64,000 nucleotides of DNA. It comes from a virus. Where the stretch lies: the IMG/VR virus record IMGVR_UViG_3300045988_147882; one strand, 5' to 3'. The position numbers and the translations under genes were made by a program. The notes beneath the pieces are model-generated. The model searched no databases. It was not told the DNA's origin and saw only the letters and a list, made by a program, of their open reading frames with translations. Every line of letters starts with the position of its first letter. Position 1 is the stretch's first letter. This document shows positions 33,933 through 44,579 of this stretch, in pieces.

Positions 33933-35507
33933 ATGCCTAAAAAATTTACAGTATCAGATTTTAATCTGAAAACAGACGGTCTGCCGGCAGAACAGAAAAC
34001 TTTCATGGAAAACATTGTCGGCATGATGTGTGAAGTAGTTAACAAGTCACTTGAAGGATTTGCCTCACCGGAGGAGGTAACGAAACAGTTTGGTGACATC
34101 AATAATCTATTGAAAGCCTATGATGGAGAAAAGTTCCAGCAATTGGTAAAGGACAACGAGCAACTTGTAGAACAAGTTAAAACTCTAGGTGAAAGTATCG
34201 AGAAAATGAAGCAGAAAGGTCTTTCTATGGATACTATCAACAAGTTCGATGAGAAGTTGAACGAGATGCTTGATTCTGAAAAATTCAGAGATTTCGCAGA
34301 AGGAAAAACACGCAAATCAGGAGAATTTGACGGCTTCTCCTTGAAAGATGTCGTTTCCATGACTGACAATTACACCGGTGATTTGTTGATTACTCAACAA
34401 CAGAAACGTGTTGTGACTCAGGTTGCCAACAAAAAGTTGCATATGCGTGATGTATTAACGACGTTGACTGCTGATCCTGCATACCCTCAACTTGCCTATG
34501 CACAAGTATATGCTTTCAACCGCAATGCCCGTTTTGTAACAGAGAATGGGCGTTTGCCTGAATCAAGCATCAAGGTAAAAGAGATACAGACAGGAACTAA
34601 GCGCCTTGGTACTCATATCCGTATCTCAAAACGTATGTTGAAATCAAGAGTGTACATTCGTTCCTACATCTTGAACATGCTTCCTGAAGCTGTTTGGATG
34701 GCAGAAGACTGGAACATCTTGTTTGGTGACGGTAATGGTGAGAATTTGCTTGGTATTATTAATAATACTGGGGTGACTTCTGTAGAGAAGATTATCAGTA
34801 CAGCCATTGTTACAGGTGCCGCCGGTGCTGTAAAAGCTATTACCGGATATAACGGTGATAAGGATGTGATTGTAGAGTTTGCAGAACCACAGGATTTGAT
34901 TCTTGATGGAATGAGTATCACGTTCGCTGGTGCCGCTGTTCTTACAGAACTGAACAAAACACACGCTCTTGTGAAAATGGAAGATGGTCGTATCCTTATT
35001 CCTGGTGTCGCGTTCTCCGGTGCTGAAACGGCTACGGATAAAATGACATTCAGTGTTCATGAAGCCGGCTTTAAGAACATTGAGGAACCCAACTCTGAAG
35101 ATGTAGTGAAAACAGCTTTCGCCGCAATGACATATGCCCAGTATTTTCCGAATGCTATTATTCTTAATCCAATGACTGTTAACGGTATGGAATCAGAAAA
35201 AGATACGACAGGACGTAATCTTGGTATCGTTAAAATGGTTGATGGGGTGAAATATATTGCCGGTCGTCCGATTATCGAGTATGGTGGTATTCTTCCAGGT
35301 AAGTATCTTTTAGGTGACTTTAACCAAGCCGCAAATTTGGTTGATTATACCACTTTGACACTTGAATGGGCTGAAGATGTGGAGACCAAGCTTTGCAATG
35401 AGGTTGTGCTGATGGCACAAGAAGAAGTTATCTTCCCGATTTATATGCCGTGGGCTTTCGCTTATGGGGATTTGGCCGCATTGAAGACTGCAATAACTAA
35501 AGCGTAG
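33933..35507 (+). CDS. major capsid protein (HK97-fold) with N-terminal coiled-coil delta domain
   Basis: 524 aa immediately after the protease, with a coiled-coil N-terminus. Confidence 0.7.
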   Translation: MPKKFTVSDFNLKTDGLPAEQKTFMENIVGMMCEVVNKSLEGFASPEEVTKQFGDINNLLKAYDGEKFQQLVKDNEQLVEQVKTLGESIEKMKQKGLSMDTINKFDEKLNEMLDSEKFRDFAEGKTRKSGEFDGFSLKDVVSMTDNYTGDLLITQQQKRVVTQVANKKLHMRDVLTTLTADPAYPQLAYAQVYAFNRNARFVTENGRLPESSIKVKEIQTGTKRLGTHIRISKRMLKSRVYIRSYILNMLPEAVWMAEDWNILFGDGNGENLLGIINNTGVTSVEKIISTAIVTGAAGAVKAITGYNGDKDVIVEFAEPQDLILDGMSITFAGAAVLTELNKTHALVKMEDGRILIPGVAFSGAETATDKMTFSVHEAGFKNIEEPNSEDVVKTAFAAMTYAQYFPNAIILNPMTVNGMESEKDTTGRNLGIVKMVDGVKYIAGRPIIEYGGILPGKYLLGDFNQAANLVDYTTLTLEWAEDVETKLCNEVVLMAQEEVIFPIYMPWAFAYGDLAALKTAITKA

Positions 35508-35511
35508 GATT

Positions 35512-35934
35512 ATGGATTACATACTTAGAGGTAACGATAAGGATGTAACCAATGTGCTTAAAGAGCAACGCATTCGGATTAATAGAGGGATGATTCAACT
35601 CATCCCTATTTCCGAATGTGGTCTTGTTACAGAAGAAGATGCCCGAAAGACATTGGAATGTATGCTTGCAGAAAAAAATGAAGAGATTGGCAGGCTTACT
35701 GCATCCATTGCAGAGAAAGATAAGACAATTGTTGAACTGACAGAAGAGCGTGAAACAATGAAAGCTCGCATTGCAGAACTTGAAGTACAGGTGCCTTCTG
35801 ATGAAAAGAATCTTCCGGTTGCCGATTCAAAAGATTTGCAAGAGGAAGATGCCAAGGAGGTAACTGTTACAGATGATAAAGCCGTTTCCGTAGAAGATGA
35901 AAAGAAAACCGGGAAAGGCAAGACTTCTAAATAA
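35512..35934 (+). CDS. hypothetical coiled-coil head-associated protein
   Basis: ORF and position. Confidence 0.45.
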   Translation: MDYILRGNDKDVTNVLKEQRIRINRGMIQLIPISECGLVTEEDARKTLECMLAEKNEEIGRLTASIAEKDKTIVELTEERETMKARIAELEVQVPSDEKNLPVADSKDLQEEDAKEVTVTDDKAVSVEDEKKTGKGKTSK

Positions 35935-35942
35935 CTATCGCT

Positions 35943-36485
35943 ATGTTGATTGATGTTTCATATTTTATGTCAGGTCCCAGGCATATTGAGAATGTTTCGG
36001 TCGCTGAAATGCCTTCGCCCCAATCTCTTGCTGTGAATGAGGTGATAAATGGGTATATTAAGGCATTTCAGCCCGAATTTCTCCGGAATGTTGTTGGTGT
36101 GACTCTTTCCCAAGCTATCACAGATTATTTGGAGCTTATTGAACGGGAAAAGGAAGATTCTTCAGATGAAGTTGATATTTCAGAAGAGAAGGAAGCCCCC
36201 CAGTCCGGATATGCAGTATTATGCGAGAAGCTGTGTGAACCGTTCGCTGACTATGTCTTTTATCATATTCTTCGTGACGCAAACACCCAGGCTACAATAA
36301 CCGGGCTTGTCCGTTTGAAATGTGCTAATGAATATATAGCTCCTTTGAAGAGACAAGTAAGCACATGGAATAGCATGGTAGAGAAGAATAAACAGTTTGT
36401 TGAATGGGCTATGTCGAATGATTGTCCTTTCGATGTGAAAATAACCAAGAATCTTTTGACCCCAATTAATGCTTTCAATTTATGA
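35943..36485 (+). CDS. head-tail connector/adaptor candidate
   Basis: Position only. Confidence 0.4.
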   Translation: MLIDVSYFMSGPRHIENVSVAEMPSPQSLAVNEVINGYIKAFQPEFLRNVVGVTLSQAITDYLELIEREKEDSSDEVDISEEKEAPQSGYAVLCEKLCEPFADYVFYHILRDANTQATITGLVRLKCANEYIAPLKRQVSTWNSMVEKNKQFVEWAMSNDCPFDVKITKNLLTPINAFNL

Positions 36486-37054
36486 TAGATTTAGATATAA
36501 CAGAACTGTTTGAGGAGATTGTAAAGGAACTTCCAGAAGGGCTTGAAATTCTCTATCCAAATGGGAAAGGGGGAACTAAAGTTATGAAGTCCCCAAGGTT
36601 GAATTACATCTTCGGTAGCAGTCAATATATCAAAGATATTTTAGATGAATACAGTAAGTCTTCTGCCCAGTCTGAAAGGAAGTTTCCATTGGTTGCACTA
36701 TTCACTCCAATTAGTGAGGATAGAGGTGATGCGGATTATTTTTCAAAAGCAAAGGTTTCGTTAATTATAGCATGTTCTTCTTGTAAAGAGTGGAGCAATG
36801 AGATGCGCAGAACCACATCTTTTAAAAATATCCTTCGGCCAATCTATAAACGTTTATTGGAAGTATTATATGAAGATTCTCGGTTCGACTGCGACTATGA
36901 CGAAAAAGTGAAACATAGTTATTCAGAAAACTATTCATATGGCAGATACGGAGCCTATACAGATTCCGGTGAGGCTGTGAGCGAGCCGATTGATGCCATA
37001 AATATACGCTCGATGGAAATAAAAATTAATAATCTTAATTGTAGAAGAAAATGA
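36482..37054 (+). CDS. head-tail joining protein candidate
   Basis: ATGA-coupled; position only. Confidence 0.4.
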   Translation: MIDLDITELFEEIVKELPEGLEILYPNGKGGTKVMKSPRLNYIFGSSQYIKDILDEYSKSSAQSERKFPLVALFTPISEDRGDADYFSKAKVSLIIACSSCKEWSNEMRRTTSFKNILRPIYKRLLEVLYEDSRFDCDYDEKVKHSYSENYSYGRYGAYTDSGEAVSEPIDAINIRSMEIKINNLNCRRK

Positions 37055-37890
37055 GAAAGATTAGAACGTGTAAGGGTTCCCGGATGAACACTGGTAGTTC
37101 TGCTTGTAGCATTGACTGGAAAAAGGTCAAAGGTGCTATCTTGACAGAACATGGTGTCAAACTCCCTGCTGATATAACAGGTGAGAAGTTGCTCGAATTG
37201 TGCCATGCAGACCGTCCCGGGCGTATTTACCCTATTTTGCCATTCCTGGAGTATGCCAAGAATGGTGGAGAGCCTCAAGTTAATCCTGTAGGGTACGGTG
37301 CAAGTGAATACAACGGGCTTAGCGCTCAAACAGACACCTTCACTTTGAAGAAATTTGATGAGGTTTTGAATGCCCAGCTTCTGAAATGTGCCAATAAAGG
37401 ATGGGACGTTTACTTTTGGAATCAGGATAATATGTTGATCGGTTATAATGATGACACTGATATCCTTGCCGGTATTCCGATGTCTACTGTTTACCCGACC
37501 GTGACACAGTACCCGACCAGTAGTGCTAAGTCTGCGATGACTGTTAGTTTTTCACATGAAGATGTGGAAGACAGCCAATTGCACTTTGACTACGTGCAGT
37601 TAGACTTCAATCCCAAGAATTTCGTTAAAGGCTTGGTTGATGTTGTGTTTCAAAAGTTGGAGGCCGAAAATACTTACAAAATAGTTGAAGTTGTTGGTGG
37701 TTATGACCGTACAGAAGAATTTGGCAGTCTTATTGCTGATGGTGCTGCTGAAGTTATGAATAACGTAACTTCTGCTACATATTCGGATGGTATCATTACC
37801 ATTGTTCCTAAAGCCGGGGCGGTTCCTTCGTTGAAAGCTCCTTCTGTATTGTATGAAAAAGGAATCAGAGGTATCGAGCAGGTGTCATGA
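37051..37890 (+). CDS. major tail protein candidate
   Basis: 279 aa, with a strong terminator shortly downstream, upstream of the chaperone-like ORFs and the tape measure. Confidence 0.5.
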   Translation: MRKIRTCKGSRMNTGSSACSIDWKKVKGAILTEHGVKLPADITGEKLLELCHADRPGRIYPILPFLEYAKNGGEPQVNPVGYGASEYNGLSAQTDTFTLKKFDEVLNAQLLKCANKGWDVYFWNQDNMLIGYNDDTDILAGIPMSTVYPTVTQYPTSSAKSAMTVSFSHEDVEDSQLHFDYVQLDFNPKNFVKGLVDVVFQKLEAENTYKIVEVVGGYDRTEEFGSLIADGAAEVMNNVTSATYSDGIITIVPKAGAVPSLKAPSVLYEKGIRGIEQVS

Positions 37891-38042
37891 AGGTAGATAA
37901 TGTTACGTTCGTCGAGGTTGCTGTGAAGGGCATGACGAAGGAAGAGTTTATTAATGCGCACATTAAAGTCGTGTGGCAGGAACTGAAGGAAGCTGACCGC
38001 AAGAAGAAGCTCTCGGAAGTGTACGATGCGATAACTAAGTAA
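37887..38042 (+). CDS. small hypothetical protein (51 aa)
   Basis: ATGA overlap; not in the ORF track because it is under 60 aa. Confidence 0.4.
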   Translation: MKVDNVTFVEVAVKGMTKEEFINAHIKVVWQELKEADRKKKLSEVYDAITK

Positions 38043-38046
38043 CCGA

Positions 38047-38086
38047 CGGGCTGGGGTGTGATTACAGCCCGGCCCGTTATATTTTT
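38047..38086 (+). terminator. GC-rich hairpin plus T tract
   Basis: CGGGCTG...CAGCCCG followed by ttatattttt. Confidence 0.5.
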
Positions 38087-38091
38087 ACTGT

Positions 38092-38613
38092 ATGGCAGAT
38101 TTTGATGAATTACATAGAGTTATTCATTCCATTGCATCCGGGTTTGAAGAGGAATGTATTAGGTGTATGGAAGAACATAAGAATGTGCTCGTTGATTGCA
38201 TTCAGGAGCAATTATATTCCGGTCTGGACGGTACTGAACATCTATTGAATCCTGATTATGATACTGACACCTATTTTAACGAGCCCGGTCCTTGGCAGAA
38301 CCGTGCGGAACAATATAAACGATGGAAGGAGAGGATAACTCCACCTCTTAGAAGTGAGATGCTTTATTTGCCACCGCGTCCGGTTGAGGTACCTAACCTC
38401 TTTATTACTGGTACTTTCTATGATAGCATAACTGCCGATAGAATTGATTCCGGGCTTCGATTCTCAACGAAAGGATTTACGGACGGTAGTTCTATTGAGA
38501 AGAAATACGGTGAGCAGATTTTAGGCATTGGTGATACAGCTAAAGAGTACTTTAATATTATGTATCTCCGTCCCTGGATGGAACGTTTCTTTTCAGAATG
38601 TGGATATCGGTAG
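38092..38613 (+). CDS. tail assembly chaperone candidate
   Basis: Position immediately upstream of the tape measure. Confidence 0.45.
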   Translation: MADFDELHRVIHSIASGFEEECIRCMEEHKNVLVDCIQEQLYSGLDGTEHLLNPDYDTDTYFNEPGPWQNRAEQYKRWKERITPPLRSEMLYLPPRPVEVPNLFITGTFYDSITADRIDSGLRFSTKGFTDGSSIEKKYGEQILGIGDTAKEYFNIMYLRPWMERFFSECGYR

Positions 38614-38616
38614 AAA

Positions 38617-38805
38617 ATGGCTTGTAGTTGCGAAATAAAAAAGATGCAGAGTGAACTGGAACGTATCAGTGATCTTGCAAAGAAAGCAGCTGTCTTGGAT
38701 GGTTGCATGTATGTCGTTTATCAGAAAGAAGATGGTACCTATGCTTTTGATAAACTAGGAGTTGAGATAAAAGGAAAGATTGTTGAATATAGACATTACC
38801 TGTAA
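38617..38805 (+). CDS. second tail assembly chaperone-like ORF (62 aa), same frame as the preceding ORF
   Basis: Separated from 38092..38613 only by TAG-AAA. Confidence 0.4.
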   Translation: MACSCEIKKMQSELERISDLAKKAAVLDGCMYVVYQKEDGTYAFDKLGVEIKGKIVEYRHYL

Positions 38806-38807
38806 TT

Positions 38808-41800
38808 ATGGCAGATTTAAAATTAAAAGATTTCGTTGAAGATAGTGAGATTCAAAAGTTGATTGAACTTGATAATACTATTGGTAAAGTAAGGGAAACT
38901 TATAAAAATGCAGCTATTGAGCTTGCAAAAGGTCTAAAGATAAATGTGGACGGCATCGCTGACTTGGAGAAGTTAGGTAACATTTATAAAACTCAAGTTA
39001 AAGTTGCAGGTTCTGCATCTAACGAATTAACAGAGGCTCTTAGAAAACAGTCTGAAATAACCCAAGCCGTAAGCAAGAGGATAGAGGAAAAGTTAAATGT
39101 AGAAAAACTGTCTTCTGCTGAATTAAAGAAACTCACTAAGGCTAATCAAGATAATGCTGTGTCCTTGGAAAAAGCAGCTAAAGCGGAAGCTAACTTGACA
39201 AAAGCGCAGAATGTCGGTAATACTACTCGTAAGAAAGCTGTTCTATCTGAAGAAGAACGTTTAAAGATTATCCGGTCGGCAATAATACTAACTAATCAGG
39301 AAGTACACAGTCGTTCCCAGGCAAAGGAAATGAATAAGCAGCTTCAAAAGGCTGTTGATTTACTGAAAGATACTGATGAGAATTATATTCGTACGCTTGC
39401 CCGTCTTAATTCTACAATCGGAATCAATACCGATTACATAAAGCGAAATTCCGATCGATATAGTCAACAGAAAATGACCATCGGTGCATATCGGGAAGAA
39501 GTAAAGGCGGCATGGATTGAAATACAGAACGGTAATAAGTCCATGCAGAATATGGGTATTATTGCCCGGAATGCTGGAATGATGCTTAAAACGGAGATGG
39601 CTCCTGGGCTAAACAAAGTTGGTGCAGGATTGAAAGGGTGGGCTGCTGGATATATTGGTGCACAAGCTGTTGTTAGTGGAGTTGTTGCTCTTTTCACTAA
39701 ACTTCGTGAGGGTGTAGGTAGTGTTGTTGAATTTGAATTTGCTAATAGCCGGCTTGCTGCAATACTCGGTACCACATCAGACCAAATAAAAGAATTAACT
39801 CTTGATGCTAAAAGGTTGGGAGCTACAACTAAATATACAGCTTCTGAAGCTACCGAATTGCAGATTGAATTAGCGAAATTAGGTTTTACAAGAAAAGAAA
39901 TATTAGATGCAACAGAATCTGTTTTACGTTTTGCTCAAGCTACCGGTGCAGAGTTGGGAGAGGCTGCTTCGTTGACAGGAGCTGCATTAAGAATGTTTAA
40001 TGCTGATACCCGTGAGACTGAACGCTATGTATCTGCAATGGCTGTTGCGACAACAAAGAGTGCATTGTCTTTTTCATATCTTGCTACTGCACTTCCAATC
40101 GTGGGGCCAGTAGCTAAAGCGTTTAATTTCTCTATTGAAGATACTTTAGCATTGGTTGGTAAGTTGGCAGATGCAGGATTTGATGCTTCAATGTCTGCTA
40201 CTGCTACTCGTAATATTCTTCTAAATTTAGCCGATACAAACGGGGTACTTGCCAAGTCGTTAGGTGGTCCGGTGAGAACATTACCTGAATTGGTCGCTGG
40301 ATTGCAAAAATTGAAAGAGCAGGGAGTAGATTTGAATAGTACTCTTGAAATGACAGATAAACGAAGTGTCGCTGCTTTCAACGCTTTTTTAACTGCTGCC
40401 GATAAAATAGTTCCTTTGCGTGACCAGATTACAGGTGTTGAGAGTGAATTAGGGAACATGGCTTATACTATGGAAGATAATGCAAAGGGAGCAATTGCCA
40501 GTTTAAGTTCTGCTTGGGAAGCTCTCATGATTTCTTTGGGAAAGAATACTGGCGTTTTATCTGGAATTATAAATGAATTTACTGAACTTGTTCGTTCTAT
40601 GCGTGCTGTTATTGCTACTGCTGAAGAGCTTGGTGAAGAAAGATTAGCCAATGCAGCTCGTAACGGTCAAGAAGCTGCTAAATTGGATAAGGAATGGGTT
40701 AAATCTAAGGAGGAAAGTATTGATAGGGTCGCTTTGAAATATAGAAAAGAGGGAGTTGACGGTGCAGAAGCTTTTGAGAAAGCTAGAGGAGAACAACTTA
40801 AAATATTGGAAAGAACTTTATCACAAGAAGAAGCTAGATTGCAACTTTATACTAAACGAAACCAAAAGCAGTGGAGTGAGTATAATAATCGTAGTTTATT
40901 GAAACAAGGCCTAGGGCTTCAAAAAACTACTAATCAGATGAAAAAAGACATAGATGAGTCTTTCAAGCTTGTTGAAGAGCAAACTGCATATGTTGCTGGG
41001 TTGAAAGAAAAAATGGAGCAAATCAAAGGTATTACCAATGATTATCAAGAGGAAAATATGGGAAGTACATTTAACAAACCTCTCACAGATAAAGAAAAAC
41101 GTGAACTGGAGAAAGCTGCTAAGGAAAAACAAAAGATTAAAGAAACTTATCAAGAATCTGAACTCGCCCTCATGGATGAAGGCTTAGAAAAGGAACTTGC
41201 TAAAATTGGTTTAGCGTACTCAAAGAAGATTGCTGCTGTTAAGGGTTATAGTAAAGAAGAAATTGCTATTCGTCAGAATTTGGCGAAAGAAATGCAGGAT
41301 AAATTAGATGAATTCTCTATTAAGTATAATTCTGACCGTGAAAAGAAAGATGTTGAGAACGCTCTTGCTGTTGTAAAAAAGGGGTCCCAAGAAGAACTTG
41401 ATTTGAAATTGCACCAGTTGGAGTTGCAACGTGAAGCAGAAATTGATGCAGCGGAGAAAACAGGTGAAGATGTTTTTCTCATTGACGAAAAATATGCAAA
41501 AAAGAAACAAGAACTTAACGAAAGACATGCATCCGATCAGGTGCAGTTAATTGCAGAGAATGCAGCGCATGAGCAGGAAATCCGGGATGCTGCATATGTT
41601 ATGGATACGCTTGCTCTTAAAAAACAGTTAGCTTCTAAGGAAATAACCCAGCAGGAGTATGCAGAACTTGAATATCAGCTAAAATTAAACTATGCACGTA
41701 AAACTGCTGAAGCAGCTATTGATGCTTTGGAGTCCGAACTTGCTACTGCCAATTTGAGTACGGATAAAAGGGAGAAACTAGAGGAGAAACTTGCTAAATT

Positions 41801-42734
41801 GAAAGCAGACCTTGCCCAAAAAGAAGCAGAAGCGGAGATTGAGGCTATCAATAAGGTTACTAAAGCGGATGAGAAAGCTCAGAAAGAGCGTCAGAAAAAC
41901 TTGAAAAAGTGGCTTCAAACTGCATCTCAAGCTGTGGGGACCATTGGAAACTTAGTCTCTTCTATTTATGATGGACAGATTCAGAAAATAGAGGAAGAAC
42001 GGGAAGCCAATGAGGAAAAGTATGATGAGGATATTGAACGAATAGAGAACTTAGCAGAATCGGGGGCCATATCTGAAGAGGAAGCAGAAGCACGTAAACG
42101 TGCAGCAAAGGATCAGACTGAAGCCAAGAATAAAGAGCTGGAAAGGCAAAAGCAAGAGATTGCGCATAAGCAAGCTGTTTGGAACAAAGGGGTACAAGTA
42201 GCAGAAACGGGAATTGCGACGGCTCGTGGTATTATGGAGGCTTTCCAGTTAGGTCCGATTGCCGGTGCTGTTATGGCTGCTGTTATCGGGGCAATGGGGG
42301 CTATGCAAGTAGCAACAATTCTTGCAACTCCTATTCCTTCCTATGCAGACGGTACTAAAGGTAATGATAGGCATCCCGGCGGTACCGCTTTAGTTGGTGA
42401 TGCCGGTAAACATGAAGTTATCATGTATTCCGGAAAAGCATGGATTACTCCTGATGCTCCAACTTTAGTTGATATTCCTAAAGGTGCACAAGTCTTTCCT
42501 GATGTTGATAAGGTAGATATCTCTAATTTTGATATGCCGGATTGGGACTTTCCTACATTTTCACCGACATATTTTGCATCTTCTTCCGGTGACACCATTG
42601 TTTTCAATGATTATTCCCGATTAGAAAAAAGGGTTGATAGAACAAATTTTCTTTTGATGAAGAGTCTTAAAATGCAGCGTCAGGATGCTTCTAACCGTGA
42701 ATTTGAACTGTATAAGTTATCTAAACTGAAATAG
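38808..42734 (+). CDS. tail tape measure protein
   Basis: 1308 aa, with long coiled coils and hydrophobic glycine-rich segments. Confidence 0.85.
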   Translation: MADLKLKDFVEDSEIQKLIELDNTIGKVRETYKNAAIELAKGLKINVDGIADLEKLGNIYKTQVKVAGSASNELTEALRKQSEITQAVSKRIEEKLNVEKLSSAELKKLTKANQDNAVSLEKAAKAEANLTKAQNVGNTTRKKAVLSEEERLKIIRSAIILTNQEVHSRSQAKEMNKQLQKAVDLLKDTDENYIRTLARLNSTIGINTDYIKRNSDRYSQQKMTIGAYREEVKAAWIEIQNGNKSMQNMGIIARNAGMMLKTEMAPGLNKVGAGLKGWAAGYIGAQAVVSGVVALFTKLREGVGSVVEFEFANSRLAAILGTTSDQIKELTLDAKRLGATTKYTASEATELQIELAKLGFTRKEILDATESVLRFAQATGAELGEAASLTGAALRMFNADTRETERYVSAMAVATTKSALSFSYLATALPIVGPVAKAFNFSIEDTLALVGKLADAGFDASMSATATRNILLNLADTNGVLAKSLGGPVRTLPELVAGLQKLKEQGVDLNSTLEMTDKRSVAAFNAFLTAADKIVPLRDQITGVESELGNMAYTMEDNAKGAIASLSSAWEALMISLGKNTGVLSGIINEFTELVRSMRAVIATAEELGEERLANAARNGQEAAKLDKEWVKSKEESIDRVALKYRKEGVDGAEAFEKARGEQLKILERTLSQEEARLQLYTKRNQKQWSEYNNRSLLKQGLGLQKTTNQMKKDIDESFKLVEEQTAYVAGLKEKMEQIKGITNDYQEENMGSTFNKPLTDKEKRELEKAAKEKQKIKETYQESELALMDEGLEKELAKIGLAYSKKIAAVKGYSKEEIAIRQNLAKEMQDKLDEFSIKYNSDREKKDVENALAVVKKGSQEELDLKLHQLELQREAEIDAAEKTGEDVFLIDEKYAKKKQELNERHASDQVQLIAENAAHEQEIRDAAYVMDTLALKKQLASKEITQQEYAELEYQLKLNYARKTAEAAIDALESELATANLSTDKREKLEEKLAKLKADLAQKEAEAEIEAINKVTKADEKAQKERQKNLKKWLQTASQAVGTIGNLVSSIYDGQIQKIEEEREANEEKYDEDIERIENLAESGAISEEEAEARKRAAKDQTEAKNKELERQKQEIAHKQAVWNKGVQVAETGIATARGIMEAFQLGPIAGAVMAAVIGAMGAMQVATILATPIPSYADGTKGNDRHPGGTALVGDAGKHEVIMYSGKAWITPDAPTLVDIPKGAQVFPDVDKVDISNFDMPDWDFPTFSPTYFASSSGDTIVFNDYSRLEKRVDRTNFLLMKSLKMQRQDASNREFELYKLSKLK

Positions 42735-42736
42735 TC

Positions 42737-43318
42737 ATGATTGAAAGATTAAATCAGATAACATTGAATGATTTCATTGAGCTTTCATGCGGAAACTATG
42801 CTTGTTTGCTTTCGGGTCGCGAATTTGTGTCAGAGAGCACGCTTAAAGAGATAGCATCTAAATTGCTCATTGAATACAGAAGTATTGTTAATCCTTCAAA
42901 TATGAAGGCTATGGTAATGGACAAAGAGGATATGCTGAAAGAACGTGCCAAACTATTGAGTCTTCGTATTTGTCAGGCTCTTGTTTCTCTTGGCTTTTAT
43001 GATGATGTTCGTCAGGTATTGGGTCAACTAAATGTAGATACCCGAAATATGAGTGATGAGCAAGTTATATCGAAGCTTGATTATTTACTTCATTCTGCAA
43101 TTTTTGAGCAAAAACGGAATGAGGAGAGACGCAGTGAGGAACATAAAGGAAGTAAGGCTACTCCTGAACAAATTCGTTCTTCTTTTGATGCAGAGATTGC
43201 TTTTCTAATGACATTCTTTAAAATGAGTATTGATTCCCGTGTAATTAATGCTGCTGTCTATGCGAATATCGTTCATCAAGCTGATGTTGAAATATCGATC
43301 AGAAAAAGAAGCACATGA
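42737..43318 (+). CDS. hypothetical helical protein (193 aa)
   Basis: ORF only. Confidence 0.45.
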   Translation: MIERLNQITLNDFIELSCGNYACLLSGREFVSESTLKEIASKLLIEYRSIVNPSNMKAMVMDKEDMLKERAKLLSLRICQALVSLGFYDDVRQVLGQLNVDTRNMSDEQVISKLDYLLHSAIFEQKRNEERRSEEHKGSKATPEQIRSSFDAEIAFLMTFFKMSIDSRVINAAVYANIVHQADVEISIRKRST

Positions 43319-43425
43319 TAATATTGGTATTACATATATGCTGTAATTCGATTAATTTTTAATTAAAGCGAATTATTTCATACAGTCGTTTGTACATCTC
43401 CTTTAGAATCACAAACGACTTTTTT

Positions 43426-43713
43426 ATGAATAAAAAAAACAGCATCCATTGTATAAATAGGCATTTATACAATGTTTTATTGTCAGAATTACGTACATTA
43501 GAGACGAAGTGTAATCGGATAACAGCAGAAGTGTCCGAGGTAAAAAAAATGATTGCCTTATTGCCCCCCGATATAGGCACTCTTATTAGTTCAATCGAGC
43601 GTTCTGCTAAGGAAATGCACGAACAAAGTATCATGCACCGGAAATATGTGGAAAGGTGCATTAATGGCGAACCGAAGATACACCTAATAAGGAGGGCTGA
43701 CAATGGACTTTGA
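43426..43713 (+). CDS. hypothetical protein upstream of the sigma factor (possible partner/regulator)
   Basis: ORF 43390..43713; Met at 43426 preferred; overlaps the sigma gene start. Confidence 0.4.
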   Translation: MNKKNSIHCINRHLYNVLLSELRTLETKCNRITAEVSEVKKMIALLPPDIGTLISSIERSAKEMHEQSIMHRKYVERCINGEPKIHLIRRADNGL

Positions 43714-44176
43714 AAAGGAATTATCAGAAATATATCCTTGGATATTAAAGGTGGCAAGAAAATTCTGCTGTTCCATGCAAGATGCTGAAGACTTAGCCGG
43801 TGATACAGTTTATAAGCTACTTGTGAATCGTGATAAATTTGATTGTTCTAAACCGCTTCAACCGTGGTGCCTTATTATAATGAGGAATACTTATATAATA
43901 AGATACAATAGAAATTCCCTTATACATTTTACAGGGCTTGATATGGTAGACGGAAGTGCCATTTCTAACTGTACAGCTCATTCAATACTGTTTGATGATT
44001 TGGTTTCCATAATACAACGGTGTGCTAAAAAATCCCGTTGTATTGATAGTGTGATGTATTATGCTAGTGGGTATTCTTATGATGAGATAAGTGAAATCCT
44101 GAACATTCCTGTTGGAACTGTAAGAAGTCGTATTTCTTCCGGTCGGAAGTTTCTGCTTCATGAAATTGGATATTGA
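43703..44176 (+). CDS. sigma-70 family (ECF-like) sigma factor
   Basis: Region-2-like DAEDLAGDTVYKLL and region 4 SYDEISEILNIPVGTVRSRISSGRKFL. Confidence 0.7.
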   Translation: MDFEKELSEIYPWILKVARKFCCSMQDAEDLAGDTVYKLLVNRDKFDCSKPLQPWCLIIMRNTYIIRYNRNSLIHFTGLDMVDGSAISNCTAHSILFDDLVSIIQRCAKKSRCIDSVMYYASGYSYDEISEILNIPVGTVRSRISSGRKFLLHEIGY

Positions 44177-44240
44177 TGATCGATTAAAAGTGTATGGAAA
44201 TAACTTTTTTCATAAATATAGCAAAATAGTTATATTTTTA

Positions 44241-44272
44241 TTTGGTGGTTTATAGCAAAAACGCTATATTTG
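44241..44272 (+). promoter_or_regulatory. Bacteroides-type promoter for hicAB
   Basis: TTTG at 44241-44244, 20-nt spacer, TATATTTG at 44265-44272. Confidence 0.55.
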
Positions 44273-44302
44273 TATCGTCTTAAATAAACGGTCTTTTACA
44301 TT

Positions 44303-44488
44303 ATGAAGTACAATCAGTTTTTTGCGGAACTTACCGCAGCAGGTTGTTACGTTCTTAGGCATGGGGCTAATCATGATATTTGGTACAGCCCCAAGACAGG
44401 AAACAAATTTGCCCTGTCAAGGCATGGCAAACAGGAAGTGCCTACCGGAATGGAACGTAAAGCAAGAAAGGTTCTTTTGGGGGAGTAA
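44303..44488 (+). CDS. hicA: HicA-like mRNA interferase toxin
   Basis: 61 aa; GANHDIWYSPKTGNKFALSRHGKQEVPTG resembles the HicA GSH...vP.H motif; followed by hicB. Confidence 0.6.
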   Translation: MKYNQFFAELTAAGCYVLRHGANHDIWYSPKTGNKFALSRHGKQEVPTGMERKARKVLLGE

Positions 44489-44579
44489 TCCCCCTACCTT
44501 TTGCGCTTTATTATCTAAAGGACTGTAAATGTTGAGACAATGGGGTACGGTATATTGCCGTACTCCTATTTTTAAAGCA

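Noticed and set aside
43359-43757. 132-aa minus-strand ORF
   Set aside because: It is antisense to the small ORF and sigma factor start, its hydrophobic low-complexity translation is typical of AT-rich antisense frames, and it has no promoter context.
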